In this document: positions 50,270-63,235 of the stretch, piece by piece
Layout: each line of letters begins with the position of its first letter
Numbering within the stretch: the stretch's first letter is position 1
NCBI RefSeq assembly: GCF_018350175.1
Contig: NC_058368.1
Span: 34,412,001-34,476,000, forward strand
DNA from: Felis catus
Lineage: Eukaryota
Length of the DNA stretch: 64,000 nt
Reading direction: 5' to 3'
Position numbers and translations under genes: made by a program
Notes under the pieces: model-generated
Databases searched by the model: none
Told to the model about the DNA's origin: nothing
The model's input: the letters and a program-made list of their open reading frames with translations, nothing else

Positions 50270-51500
50270 GTATGTGTGTTTGTATATGTACAATCTTACG
50301 AAATTTTGTCACATGTGAAGATTCATATGATCATTGTCACCATCAAGATACAAAACACTTTCATCATGATTCCTCATGGGACCCTTTTAAAGTCACAGCT
50401 ACATATCTCCCTGTCCCTGTCTTGGAACCCTTACTAAGCATTAATCTGCTCTCTGTCTCTATAACTTTGTCATTTCAAGAATGTCATATAAAAGATATCA
50501 CAAAGTACATAACTATTTGAGATAGACTCTTTTTTTCAATTCAGTATAACTCCCCTGACATCCATCCACATTGTTGTATATATCAACTGTTCATCCCTTT
50601 TGATTGCTGATTAATATTCCATGGTACAAATGTAGCACTCTTTGATTTACCATTCACTCATTGAAAGACATTTTGTTTTTTTCTAGTTTTGGGCCACTGT
50701 GAATAAAATTACTCCAAAAACTGATACACATATTTTTTTATATAAACTTTGATTACCTGGGATAAATGACCAAGAGTGTGATTGCTGGATTGTATGGTAA
50801 TTAGATACTTGGTTTTGTAAAAAAAAAACTGCTAAATTATTTTCCAGAGCAGGCATGTCATTTTATGTTCTTGCCAGCAGACTTTGCATAATCCAGTTTC
50901 TCAACATGTTCAACAGCATTTGGTGCTAACACAGTTTTTTCATTTGAGTTTAGCCTTACTGATAGGTACATAGTGCTATCTCAGTGTGGGGTTTTTTTTA
51001 TGTTTTTTTTTTTTTTTTTTTTTTTTTTTTGAGAGAGACAGAGACAGAGTGTGAGTAGGGGAGGGTAAGAGAGAAAGGGAGATAGAATCCGGAGCAGCCT
51101 CCAGGCTCTGAGCTGTCAGCACAGAGCCCAACTCAGAGCTTGAACTCACAAACTACGAGATCATGACTTAAGCTGAAGTCAGATGCTTAACCAACTGAGC
51201 CACCCAGGAGCCCCTATCTCATTGTGGTTTTAATTACATTTCTCTAACATATCTCTAGGTCTATGTCCTACTCCTCCACTAAAACAATACAGTCTGTTAT
51301 TTTAGATATACAGTAAGCCTGAACATTGGGATTCATTCCTCTTTATCAAAATCGTGTTATATTTTTTGTCTTACCATATACAATTTATAATAAACTTGTC
51401 ATTGTCTTTGTTAAACTTTGATAGGAATTGCATAAAATCTAAAGATTAATTTTGGGGTAATGGAGATTTTTAACTCCTTTGGGTCATTTGATCTACAAAT
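50270..51500 (-). mobile_element. Old L1 (L1MB/MC-like) 3' region
   Basis: 'tctctataactttgtcatttcaagaatgtcatata' and 'gattgctggattgtatggtaa'. Confidence 0.8.
50992..51213 (-). mobile_element. CAN-SINE nested in L1
   Basis: TSD ctatctca(g/t)tgtgg at 50976-50989 and 51214-51227; long T run at 51003-51030. Confidence 0.95.
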
Positions 51501-52283
51501 TCCATTTAAAAAAATATGTCTCTCCAATTTGCACTAGCTTCATAGCTTCAATTATGATGTTTATATAAATGATTTCTATAGGACCGACTTTATTATCAGC
51601 CGAAATTTCCAAAATTTCTAGCAACATACTGGATATCACATTGATATTTTGCAAATATCACAATTTAAAAATGTCTCTTTCCCAAATCAACACCTCCCTT
51701 TGTTTCTCTTCCTGTCGGTGGTGTAATTTTTCCTAGTTATTTGGGGCAACATTTCTCTCCCTTGTATAAGCATCTTTTTTTCTTCACCCCTCCACATTCA
51801 GCTGGTATGTAATACTATTGTAGGTATCTTAGATGTAATCTTCTTATATGTCTTGTCTTTTTCCTTTCAACTGAAGCAATCCAACTTCAAATCCTCTTTA
51901 CATACCTTTATACCATTGACATAGCCTTTGAATTGCTATGTGCTTCAACCATCTCTGTATCTCAACCTATTCAAAAATATATCAACAAATTTTCATTCAG
52001 GAAGGTAAAGCCTCTTCTCTGCTATTCTAATACAAAAACTTGGTGGTGGCGACGCTATCAGTTTTAAAAGGGAATCTGGCAAACTAAGTAGGGTCCTTAT
52101 ATTTCCTTAAGAAAACATTAACCAAGAAGAGAATCTTGACTAAATAATATCTTAAAAATAGGCTTATGTTTCCCTCATAAATGGTCTAATTAAGGTTCTT
52201 TCCAATGTACTTTGAAAACTGGGAGGAAGGAAAAGAGCAAGAAGAATGTGAGGTGGTGCATGTTGTTGTTGGTGGTGGCGGTG

Positions 52284-52325
<42 letters not shown>
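52284..52325. repeat. (GT)n microsatellite
   Basis: Directly visible. Confidence 0.97.
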
Positions 52326-52326
<1 letters not shown>

Positions 52327-52504
52327 CCTTTAAAGAAGAAAACAAGCCATTGAGTAACTGGACTGGTTCATTAGAAGAGTAGACAGCAGGTCTTTAAGTG
52401 AAAAGTTAAAGTCCATGCAAGTGCCTTAACTTTGGGTAACTTGGTCAAAGTATTTTCTCTCATTGCGTGACGTAGCGAGAAGTCCATCTCCTGGTTAAAA
52501 ACTT

Positions 52505-52629
52505 ACCTGTATAGTACTCTATGGTGACAGATGGTAACTCCACTTGTCCTGAGCATTAAGGTATAGAGATGTTGAATCACGACGCTCTACACTTGAAACT
52601 AATGTAACATTGTGTGTTGACTATACTAA

Positions 52630-52671
<42 letters not shown>

Positions 52672-52685
52672 TTTAAAAAAGAAAA
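52505..52685 (+). mobile_element. Short carnivore L1 3' tail with (TAA)n tail microsatellite
   Basis: 'atggtgacagatggtaact...gttgaatcacgacgctctacacttgaaactaatgtaacattgtgtgt'. Confidence 0.85.
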
Positions 52686-53532
52686 ACAACTTCTATGTGA
52701 TTTGTCAGGCCCCACCAGATGCTTTGCCTGACAGGCCTTCCCTAGGAAACCTGCCCTCCCACACCCCACGTGGTGCACAGTCACTGCACTGCAGTCTCTG
52801 AAGGCATTGCGGTCAAGGACTCAGGCCTTCTGACTGGTCATGGTCTTCCCCTATTTACAGTTTCAGCCCTAGCACCTTCATATCTAGGTCATTTTGTCTG
52901 AGGGCTTCGCAGAGGCCCTCTTCAGACTCCTCTGCTGAGGCCTCTCTATCAGAGGGGTGGAGGGGCAAAACTTGAGGACACTTTTCCCCATTCCCACATT
53001 CTGACTCAGTACCTAGCAATTTACCACTCCTACTTCTCCTATCTGCTCCCACCTCAGGAGTCATAGAACTGCCAGAGTTTCGTGTTCTAGGTTCCCTCAA
53101 CAGTGAGAGGGCTCCCACTTGTGTGAATTTCTACCTGCCCCTCCATCTGTGAGCATCTCCATGGGGGAAAATGGCCTTTTCTTTGGTTTAGCCTCTTGCT
53201 TATACCATCACAGTAAGTGATGAATTTCACTTTGGGCTTGCTGTTTTTTTTGGCAACTTTGACACTGCGGTTTTAGTGTGCACTGTCTCTCTCTCTCCCT
53301 TGCTCCCCTGAATTCCTAACACAAAAAGGTTGGGGGGTAGAAGGTAGCAAGAGGGGAATCAATTATCCCCATCTTCCTCAGGACTTTCTTCTCTACCTTT
53401 CAGTTGTACTGAAGACAACTTTTGTGCTGTTACTTATTAGTTCTACATATTATTAACCTCTGGGTTCTTTTTTAAATCTCTAATTTGCACAGTAACTTTA
53501 AGATGCTTTAGCCAAATTGCCTCTCTGATGCG

Positions 53533-53716
53533 TTTTTTTTTTAATTTTAATTTTTTATTTTTTGAGAGAGAGAAGAGCCTGCACTTGTGCAGGGACAGGG
53601 CAGAGAGAGAGGGAGACAGAAAATCACTGAGGCAGGGCTCAATCTCACCATGAGATCATGACCTGAGCCAAAATCAAGAGTCAGATACTTAACTGACTGA
53701 GCCACCCAGTCACCCC
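53533..53716 (-). mobile_element. CAN-SINE with internal deletion
   Basis: TSD cctctctg(a/c)tgc; lacks the 'gcaggctc...tgtcagcacagagcc' block. Confidence 0.92.
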
Positions 53717-53849
53717 TACCTCTCTGCTGCCATTTTATATGGCTTAGTAAACTTTCTTTGTATTTCATTTCCTCTATTTTCTAACTAGCATACCAAACTT
53801 TCCATCTTTATTATCAAACCACCTACGTCATCCCACATATAATCCACAA

Positions 53850-54415
53850 TCATAATCATAATACCCTGACACTCCTCAACCTGAAGTGGAATCCTTACAT
53901 GGCTTTTTCTGTGTGACAACAGGTCCCTGTATTATGGGGATTTTCCTTAGAAATGTTCTTTATTACATTTGCACACATCCTACAGAATTAACTGCAAACT
54001 CCTCCACCTGGAATTTAAATACTATAATGTGATTACAATCCAACCTTCCTAGTCTCATTTTATAATTGTTCATTACATGTAACCACGATTTCTGGTAAAA
54101 GGGGATTATAATTGGTGTTCTCTTTTTATTCCCAATCTCTACTAATTGAAATTATACCTGAACTCTAACACTTGGCTTAGGTATATATTCCATTAGAAGC
54201 ATTTTCTGTTTCAATATGAAAAGCCCATAGAAAATGTTATATGCCTTCTAAAATTTATAACCTGAATTGTGTCTTTGTCAGTTTGGCACTTGTTAACGCT
54301 CCTTGTACTATATTTTAAGATCTGTGAGGAGAGAAACTGGATCCTACTCATCTTTCTAATCCTCTCCACAGTCAAGCGCAATGTTCAATGTGTTGTAGGT
54401 GTTCAATATATATTT
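53850..54415 (+). mobile_element. L2 3' region (degraded)
   Basis: 'taagatctgtgaggagagaaactgg...tgttgtaggtgttcaatatat'. Confidence 0.6.
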
Positions 54416-56729
54416 TTTTGAGGTAGAAAGAAAACACTAGCGATATAAAAAAAAACATCTCACCAAGTAGGAAATATTAACATTGACATATCTCAAATTT
54501 CATGATTTTTTTTTCAAAATGTAGCCAAAAACTACAGGAAAATCATGATTTTTACAACAAAAGCTTTTCATCTTTTGCTTATGAAATGTTGGGGAAAATC
54601 TAAATGATAGAATAGAGAATTTCAAAATAACAGTTAATACAGATTGAGGCCCATAGTTAAGTCAAGTGATTATTAGTTGCATTTGGTCAAGGTGGATAAA
54701 AAGTTTTCAATACCAGTTTTAGACATTAAGGACGTCACATAATCACTGTCATATGTATTTTGATGTTTATATTTTTCATTTGTTTAATCAAATGAACCTT
54801 GATTTCCAAATGGGTTATTTTTGAAAAGTCAAATTATAAATGCAGATATAGGTATCTAGTATCTTAGAACACTGGCAGATGGCAGGTAATTCATGCTTGT
54901 GTGGATGGGTGGCCATTTCTTTGTCAGAATAATGATACTCTGTAAGATCACAACATCAAAAACACTGAAGGGAGGCTGTGGATGGATCAGAGAATAAAAG
55001 CTGTTATGACTGCTATTCTCTAACAGTGTATAGAAGAAAAAAGATTGAGCATGGAGGTGTAAATTTTGTGTTTTTTTTCTAGGTTAGACACAGAAAGGCC
55101 TTCTACAGAATATGAAGATTAGCCTGAAAATAGATAAGGTCTGGTTCAAGGGTTTCCAATTCTGTTTTCAATGGCTTTGTCTTTTCCAGTTCTCTCTTAT
55201 CTGGTCCAGCTGTTCTCTCCCTTCACCCTTTGTTCTTGGCTCCTCCCCCAATTAAGGAGAGGTCATTGGATAACAGACAACCTGGACAAATCAGTATGGA
55301 GCCTATTTAAGTCTCCCAGGAAACCTTTCATGTCTTCTGATTTCAGGGAACACTTTTCTGTGGAGTATTTTAAAAGACAATTTGAAGTCTATTTTCTCTA
55401 TGTCTGAAGCCTGAACCAACATTTACAACAGTCTCTCAAAGTAAAGTTTCATTAAGCATTAGGTATTAAGACGTTAGTTAGTAATCTCAAAGCATTGCAT
55501 TAATAACATTCCACCAGAGATAAGTATGTAGATTCGGTTAAGAAGGAAGGCATTAATAGAAGCATAGCCAATTTACACCTTATCATTGTAGGATCAAGCT
55601 GAGTGTAGAGCGATCTTTCACATGGTAAGAAATGTTTATTAAAACGGAATACAGAATTTTACTCACCAGTTAATAGAAATATATTCATTTTCCCACATCA
55701 TATTTTCAAAATTAGACCGAAATGTCTATCAGATCCACACTGATTTAACAGGAAATATGTAGTAATAATTGCTCACAATTTTTAGGTTTTTTTTTTCTTT
55801 TTCAGACTCTGAGAGAGGAAGCTGAATAGAAACTTCATAGACTAATTCAGTAAATATAATCTTAACTCCACAGTTAAAACTATTAGTGGATAAATAAGTA
55901 TACTTTATATCCCTTTTTACTTGAAATACTCCATCTTATTTGAAAGAATAAATTATTTACTCTTAGATTATGATATATGGAAAGTAATTAATCTTTCTTG
56001 AAAAAAACACACAATATGCAAATCATACAACTGAATTTAATTCAACTTGTGTGGCAAATGTTTGTGGAGTGATTAAGATATATGTGAGGGAGAACTCATT
56101 CCCAATGTTTATGGTTCTTCAATCTAGTTAGGAAGACAACTCATACATGTGGGAAACAGTTATATTCAACTTTGGTTTGATAAATTAATACAGTATTGTA
56201 TTCTACTAAAGATACTAGCTGATAAGGCCTCTTTGTAAAATTGATGGCAAAAATCAAGGTTTCAGATAATCTCAATAGTTTTGAAATCTCACAAGTTTTA
56301 ATTAAGAATAAATGTAGACTTATATTTTGGTTAAAAATAAAGTTCACATCATCAGGATCTATGATAACATAATTAAGTCCAAAACATTTGAAACTACATT
56401 AAAAATGTCATGGACAAGATAAAAAAAAAAAAAAAACAATAGAATCAAACTAGTAAAATAAGAGAACATATTCTTAGAAGGTTTATTTAGTCACACATTC
56501 CCCAAACAACATTTCCAAGTGCCTACTATATGACAAGTTCTTCAAAAATTAGTAAAACATAGTTTCTGTAATGAAAGCTGATCTTATTAAAGATATAAAT
56601 ATATAAAACATAATTGTATTGAAAAGTAAAAAGATGCTATTGTATAAAATTACGTGAGAAGAACCAAGTGAGTCCAGATAAGGCTTACATTTATATGATG
56701 CATTAATCTGACAAAGGGGTACTTATCTG

Positions 56730-57200
56730 CCATTTCAAACCAGATCTGGAATACTGAGATCATTTTGAGTCACATTTTAGAAAAGAATCCTAACACACTA
56801 GAATTTATGCAGGAGAAGGTAACTAGGATGATAAGTGAATCTGGAAATTATGTAATAGGAACAATTGAAAGCACATGGGATAATTATTTTGGAAACTACA
56901 GAATTCTATTAAAGAAATATATTTCTTAAAGCAGATTTAACTCTTTTAAAGGTTGTAAAATGCTGTTATTTAGAAAAGTAAGCACATATCTTCACAGTTT
57001 TTTTCAAAAAAAGAACTAAGATAAATTATTTTGTTAGGGACAGGCAAGGTTCAATATAGTAGGAAGAATTATTTTCTTAATGTGGACCTGTCCAACAATG
57101 GAATAAACTGACTTGTGAAGTGTTCAAGAAAGAGTAAGACATCAGAAATGATAAAGAAGAAATTGCTGCTCAGAGCTATATTATGATCTACCCGCAAAGT
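56730..57200 (+). mobile_element. Second L3/CR1 ORF2 C-terminal relic
   Basis: 'aaaccagatctggaatactg' (~RPHLEYC), 'ctagaatttatgcaggagaaggtaactaggatgata' (~LERVQRRATRMV) and 'ctgtccaacaatggaat'. Confidence 0.75.
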
Positions 57201-58562
57201 GTACATGATTTTAAAATTCTGTTTTTTATGATGTCTTTTACGTACTTGCAGATAAGATATCGAGAATGTAAATACCTTACATAACTCTTGATTATCATTA
57301 TTAACATCAATCATTAATTTTGGTGTTAGGGTCTATACAGTGCTTGTAAGATATTAAAGAGTATTTGCAGTGTGCAGACTGATTTCTAATTGTTGATTCA
57401 CCTCTCTTATCTCCTACTTCTTTGTCATAGCTCAATGTGTTAAACTATCAGGGATGCTTCTTCTAATCTGCTGTCAGGTGCAACAAACCAGACAACAAAT
57501 CTTGTTAAATCAATAAACTTAACTATGCATACAGTTCTGAGTCAGTAGTCTCTTGTTTGAGTGAGATCAATTAAAGTGAGTGAACTTTAGGATAAATACT
57601 TGATAAGCTAAGAAGCCAGGCTCTACTGTCTTATATATTTGTGATTGTGATCCAAATCAGATGCCATTCAAAAGCTTCCGTAGGGGGGGAAAAAAAGCAA
57701 AATAAAGCTTCCATGGGGGCGGGGGGAGGGGAGAGGGAAGCTTCCAAAGAGACTGAATGCTAATGAAGGAAGAAGAGAAAATTTTAATAAAGTGTTATCT
57801 GTATTGGAGTCAGATATAATTGCAATTTTTACTTGTTTTGTTTTGTTTTGGTGGAGAGGAGTGGGGAATTTTGCCTTAGGCAAATAGAAAACATTGGTAA
57901 GAGGAAGGAAAAAGTAGAGCAAAGGCTTCTGAATAGTAAGTAGACCAATCTTAAGTAAAACAAAAAGATCACTTAAATAAGAATGGGGAAGGAGGAGCAC
58001 AGAAAAGGTGAGAGTTCAAATTATCGGAAGACTTGTTATAACAGGTTGAATGAAAGTTTAAGCAATGTTAATACACATAGATATTTGTAGTTATACGTGC
58101 ATCCACACATACACTGTCTTAATTCTTCTCTTTATGTTCCCACTTTACAGGAAAATACACAAGTGACGCTAGCCCTAGTTATCTATAATATTCAAAATTA
58201 AAATCAACGTCTAATCATTGTTAACTTCTAAAAGCACTCGTGAGTAGTGAAACCTAGCTCCACTAATATTTCTCAGTCTCGAATAATTTGAGGGCCCTGT
58301 TGAGGCATCATTTAACTTCTGTGTGGCAAGAAAGTGGCATGTATACTTTAAGCTCACTTTCCTTCTTTTCTCATTACGGTATGAAAATTAATCACGAACA
58401 ATCAACACAAATGCAAATATTAGATCAAACTACAGAGCAATATTTGGTTATCAGATAATCAAATAATTCAGAATGTGCACATATTAAAATTTTGGTCAGA
58501 ATAAAAAAGTGTCACTCAAAATTTAGGTTTCATGAAACCAGTTTCAGAAATACTGTTTACTT

Positions 58563-58818
58563 GGGGTGCCTGGGTGGCTCCGTCAGTTAAGTGTCCAACT
58601 TCTGCATCGGACTTCTGCTCAGGTCATGATCATGACCTCACCGTTCGTGAGTTTGAGCCCCGCATAGGGCTCTGTGCTGACAGCTCAGAGACTGGAGCCT
58701 GCTTCAGATTTTGAGTCTACCTCCCTCTCTGCCCCTTCCCTCCTTTCTGCTTGCACCCTGCCCTGTCTCTCTCTCAAAAATAAACACTGAAAAAAAATTT
58801 AAAAAAAAAGAAAAGAAA
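58563..58818 (+). mobile_element. CAN-SINE with small internal duplications
   Basis: TSD agaaatactg(t/c)ttactt at 58546-58562 and 58819-58835. Confidence 0.95.
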
Positions 58819-59294
58819 AGAAATACTGCTTACTTAAGCAACAGGACCAATAGCGCCAAAATACTTTTTTCTCTCAGCTGCTAAGAGGTTTTTAATGTTG
58901 GAATCTGTCCTGAAGTTGACTTTGTTGAAAAAGGTAATGAACTAAACCACGTACCACGATTCCTGGAAAGACTTCCGTTTTCATTGCAGAGAGCCACCCA
59001 CAGCAGAAAAAAATAGTTATGTGAGGGCAAGGAATAAAGAGTGGGAGATAAAACCCACAGGTCTTGGAAATCTGCAGGAAGATCTGGGACTTCAGGAGAG
59101 ACTAAGAAGGGTGTGTGTTTTATGAATCTCTGAGGGAGTGGGAGGGAGAGTTTTAGAAAATGTTGCAGTAGTCGACAAATCAAATTCCTTTCTTGTATTT
59201 ATTTCCTTTTTTTATTTTTTGAGAGGTTTCTGTTTTACTTTCTTTCTCTTTCTTTCTTTCTGGTTTTACATGGGTTACACACATTTTGTTTTGT

Positions 59295-59670
59295 TTTAAT
59301 TTTTTTTATTTGAGTACAGTTGACCACAATATTACATTAGCCATGGGTGTACAACATAGTGATTCAACTTTTCCATATGTTCTGCTGTGCTCACCACAAG
59401 TGTACCTACTGTTTGTCACCATACAACGCCAGTGCAGTATCGCTGACTATATTCCCTACACTGTGCCTTTATTTTCGTGGCATATTCATTGCATAACTGG
59501 AAACCTGTGTCTCCCACTCCCCTTCACCCATTTTCCCCACCCCTCCAGCCCCTTCTTCTCTGGCAACCATCAATTTGTTCTCTGTATTTATGGCTCTGAT
59601 TCTTTTCTGTTTCTTCATTCATTTGCATTTTAGATTTCACATATGAGTGAAGTAATATGGTATTTGTGGG
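59295..59670 (-). mobile_element. L1 3' end (older carnivore/L1MA-like)
   Basis: 'gggtgtacaacatagtgattcaac...ctctggcaaccatcaatttgttctctgtatttat'. Confidence 0.88.
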
Positions 59671-60444
59671 GTTTTTTTTGATTGCGTAAACTGTGATGCA
59701 TGTCTATTTCTTCTAGTCACCAGAAAGTGTTCTTAATTTTACTTAGTTTGCAATGTCATTGTTTTGGAGATCCCACCATATCTCCATACACCCTGTCATT
59801 ATGTGTCACTGTGGTCCTTTTTGTCTAATTTCATACACAACACCTTCCCAATGGGTACTGGGTCTTAGTACACTGGCCACATTCCTAGTAACATATAAAT
59901 ATCTTGTTGTTACGCCTTTACAGTTTTCTGAAGTTACCATTCTATCCTGATTTACTCGACACCATTTGTCAATATAAATTTTCTCTTTTCCTTAAGCTAA
60001 TGCCATAATTAAAACCATTTGTGATAAAAATTCTTTCCTTCTTCTTAAGCCCAAACCATAACATTTTCTAGCTATAGACATATGCATACCAGTAATTTCA
60101 CTACAATGATATTTTAAGCCCCTAGAGTTCAGGGCTTCTGCCTCATTCCTTTTTATGACTTACACAGTAGCTGGTTTAGTGTGTGGTCAGTAGAGATGTT
60201 CAATTACTATTTACCTAATAACAGAAGGAAATTATTCTAGGTCAGCTAAAAGAATATTAAGAGCAATAAGATTTTTGCATTATGCACTGACTATTAATAT
60301 CCCTGTTAATTCTCTTCATAGAGAGGATTGTTTTAATAGTGTGTGATTTCTACATGCCTGATTTTAAAAGTCTATAGCTTTCTGAATTAATTTAATTGCT
60401 GGGGAATCTTCTAGGACAGGCATTTTAAATCCACTGTCATTCTT

Positions 60445-60647
60445 TTTTTTTAATTTTTTTAATGTTTATTTATTTTTGACAGAGAGAGAGAGACACAGAT
60501 TGTAAGTGGGGACTAGGCAGAGAGAGGGAGACACAGAATCTGAAGTAAGCTCCAGGCTCTAAGCTGTCAGCACAGAGCCCCCAAACCTTGAGATCATGAC
60601 CTGAGCCGAAGTCGGACCCTTAACCGACTGAGCCACCCAGGCGCCCC
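60445..60647 (-). mobile_element. CAN-SINE
   Basis: Perfect TSD aaatccactgtcattctt at 60427-60444 and 60648-60665. Confidence 0.97.
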
Positions 60648-61492
60648 AAATCCACTGTCATTCTTAAAAAAATTAAAAATTAGTGAAAAATTAATTTTAA
60701 TTGCAAATAGCTATCATCAAAATTATAAACATATCTTCTAAATCTGTGAGGCCTGTACCAAGCGAGGGAGACTTTCTAAGGGCTGCAAGTATTTCTCCAG
60801 ATCTCAGGTAAATTGCCCTCATTCTGTGATACAGCCTCTGTGCTCTGGGACACAGCCAAGTGGGTAGAAGGAAAGGAATACGGTGACTTTCAGATCCTAA
60901 CTGGAAGGTCAATGACCAAGGAGGGACAGAGGTTGTTTGGAAAACTAAGGCGACAGCTACAACAGGCGTATATAGATACATTCACACCCAGGGATATACA
61001 GAGACAACAGACGGAATTTAGAGAGGCTGAGGCCTTCAGCTTACTGGTCAAGCCTCTATCCTAGGTCTCAGATAAATAATCCTCCACACTACCAAGTAAA
61101 TTACAACCAACACAGTCTTGCTTTTTAAAAAGCACAAAAAAAGAGATACGTGGCTTCAAGGATTAGATAGAAATAAAGGACACTTAAAGGGAGGCTAACC
61201 TCAGGAAAGAAGAGTAAATACAAATAAAAATATCTGTACATTACAGAAATGTTTATTTCATTCCGTAGAATAAATAATCAGGACTGGAAACACATTAGCC
61301 AAGGGATTTACAGAATAGAATAAATAATCCTGAAAACAGTTTAAAGATTTGGTGGAGAGGCCAGAGGAAATCACAAAAGGAAACTGAAAGCTATAAAAGC
61401 AAAAATAAACTTACTGAATATAGAAGATGTAGGGAAAAAGAAAATAGAGGTAAATACACACCCTACTGGTATTCTTAAAAGGTTGAAACGTT

Positions 61493-61692
61493 GGGGAGCC
61501 TGGGTTGCTCAGTCGGTGAAGGGTCTGACTCTTGATTTTGGCTCAGGTCATGATCTTGTGGTTTCATGGGTTTAAGCCCTGCTTAGGGCTCTGCATAGCC
61601 TGCTTGGATTTCTACTTCTCCTCTCTCTCTGCCCCTCCCCCACCCACGCTCTGTCTCTCTCAAAATAAATAAATAAACTATATAAAAAAAAA
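61493..61692 (+). mobile_element. CAN-SINE
   Basis: Head 'ggggagcctgggttgctcagtcgg'; TSD core aaaaggtt. Confidence 0.93.
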
Positions 61693-61748
61693 AAGGTTAA
61701 CAGTATAGTATTCCAAATTCTTTGTGGTTTCTTTTTAAAATAATACTT

Positions 61749-61979
61749 TATTTTTTTTTTCTTAATTTTTTTTTTCAACATTTATTTTATTTTTGGGACA
61801 GAGAGAGACAGAGCGTGAACAGGGGAGGGGCAGAGAGAGAGGGAGACACAGAATCGGAAACAAGCTCCAGGCTCTGAGCCATCAGCCCAGAGCCCGACGC
61901 GGGGCTCAAACTCACAGACCGCGAGATCGTGACCTGGCTGAAGTCGGACACTTAACCGACTGCGCCACCCAGGCGCCCC
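61749..61979 (-). mobile_element. Very young SINEC_Fc-type SINE
   Basis: 'gagccatcagcccagagcccgacgcggggctc...accgcgagatcgtgacctggctgaagtcgga'; perfect TSD taaaataatactt at 61736-61748 and 61980-61992. Confidence 0.97.
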
Positions 61980-62504
61980 TAAAATAATACTTCTTAAACT
62001 TAGAAGTATAATTTAGGAATGAATATCATTTTGAAAAAAATAACAAAATAACAAGTAAGTCTCATTTACTTTTTCTTGTTAAAGTAAAATTACTTCTTAG
62101 GATAGCGCTTTAAGTATGGTCTAAAGTGTGCTTTGTGTGAATGAATACATAGAAGTTGTTAGAAGCTAGTTTTCCTTTTCGATAGTGCTTACTTCTAGAC
62201 AGTTAGAGCTTAGATGATTTTAAACATTCTTTTTTTCTAGTTCTCTTCATCACTGAACAGTGTAGGAATTAAATTTTCTTTAAACAAGTAAGCAATAATT
62301 CCTTTAAAATGAAATTACCATTGTAGTAAATAATCTTTTACAAGATAGCTACCTACTTTCTCTCAAGAGCCCACCAGCATTTTAAGGTTTTGCTTAAAGC
62401 TCCTGGGTGATTTGGTAGGAGCCTTTAATAAGAATTAAAGCCTTTTGTATCTAGTTGTTCGATCTAGTCGTACTTACGCTCTGCCTTGTAAAAAAAAAAT
62501 ATTA

Positions 62505-62705
62505 CTAAATGTTTTTGTTCATTTTTGACAGAGAGAGAGCGTTAGCAGGTGAGGAGCAGAGAGAGAGGGGGACAGAGGATCTGAAGTGGGCTTGCACTGA
62601 CAGCGGAGATCCAATGTGGGGCTCAAACTCACAAACAAGTTGAACGGCTCATGAGCTGAGCCGAAGTCATTGGACACTCACCCGCTGAGCCACCCAGGTG
62701 CCCCC
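62505..62705 (-). mobile_element. CAN-SINE (older)
   Basis: 'gacagaggatctgaagtggg...gctgagccacccaggtgcccc'. Confidence 0.92.
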
Positions 62706-63235
62706 CTCAAAATTAAAATATTGTTAAGCAATTTAAAATCTACTGATGTCTCTAATTGTTATGAATTTTTTCCCATATGGTAACATGAAATGACCGAGAA
62801 TAATAAAATATGACAGTGCTACCTGCAGAAATATATAAAATAAACAAAACTAGTCGTGATTTATGTTCTTCATAGTAAAAAGGTAAAGAATTTCCACATC
62901 CATAAGGTAAAGCAAGTGTTAAGGAAATAAATTATATTAGTGGGTTAAAAAATTATTAGAGAATTTGCTATAATACATACTGTAGTAAAGAAAAAAAAGT
63001 TCTCCCTATCTGGAAAATATTTTTTCTTTCTTTATATTTTCTATTATTTTTAAATTTTCATTTTTTTGTTTCTCTAAACAAGTCTTGACCTTAGCAATGC
63101 TGGAATTCTGAAAAACATATTTTTGTATACTTAGTGTACGAAACTCTACATACTAATTTTTCAAATTTTTTATGCTGATTTTTTAAAATTTACATCACTT
63201 GGAGCTCACCATTAAACCATTACTGTCTAATTTTA

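Noticed and set aside
55060..55860. Acceptor-like T-tracts ending in AG at 55082 and 55805
   Set aside because: No strong downstream donors; such tracts are common in AT-rich DNA.
57672..57745. CRISPR-like repeat/spacer pattern
   Set aside because: Only 8-bp repeats, three copies, mammalian context and no cas genes; kept only as a periodicity finding.
60813..61064. 83-aa ORF with protein-like composition
   Set aside because: Non-ATG start, no recognised homology and no convincing splice sites; length compatible with chance.
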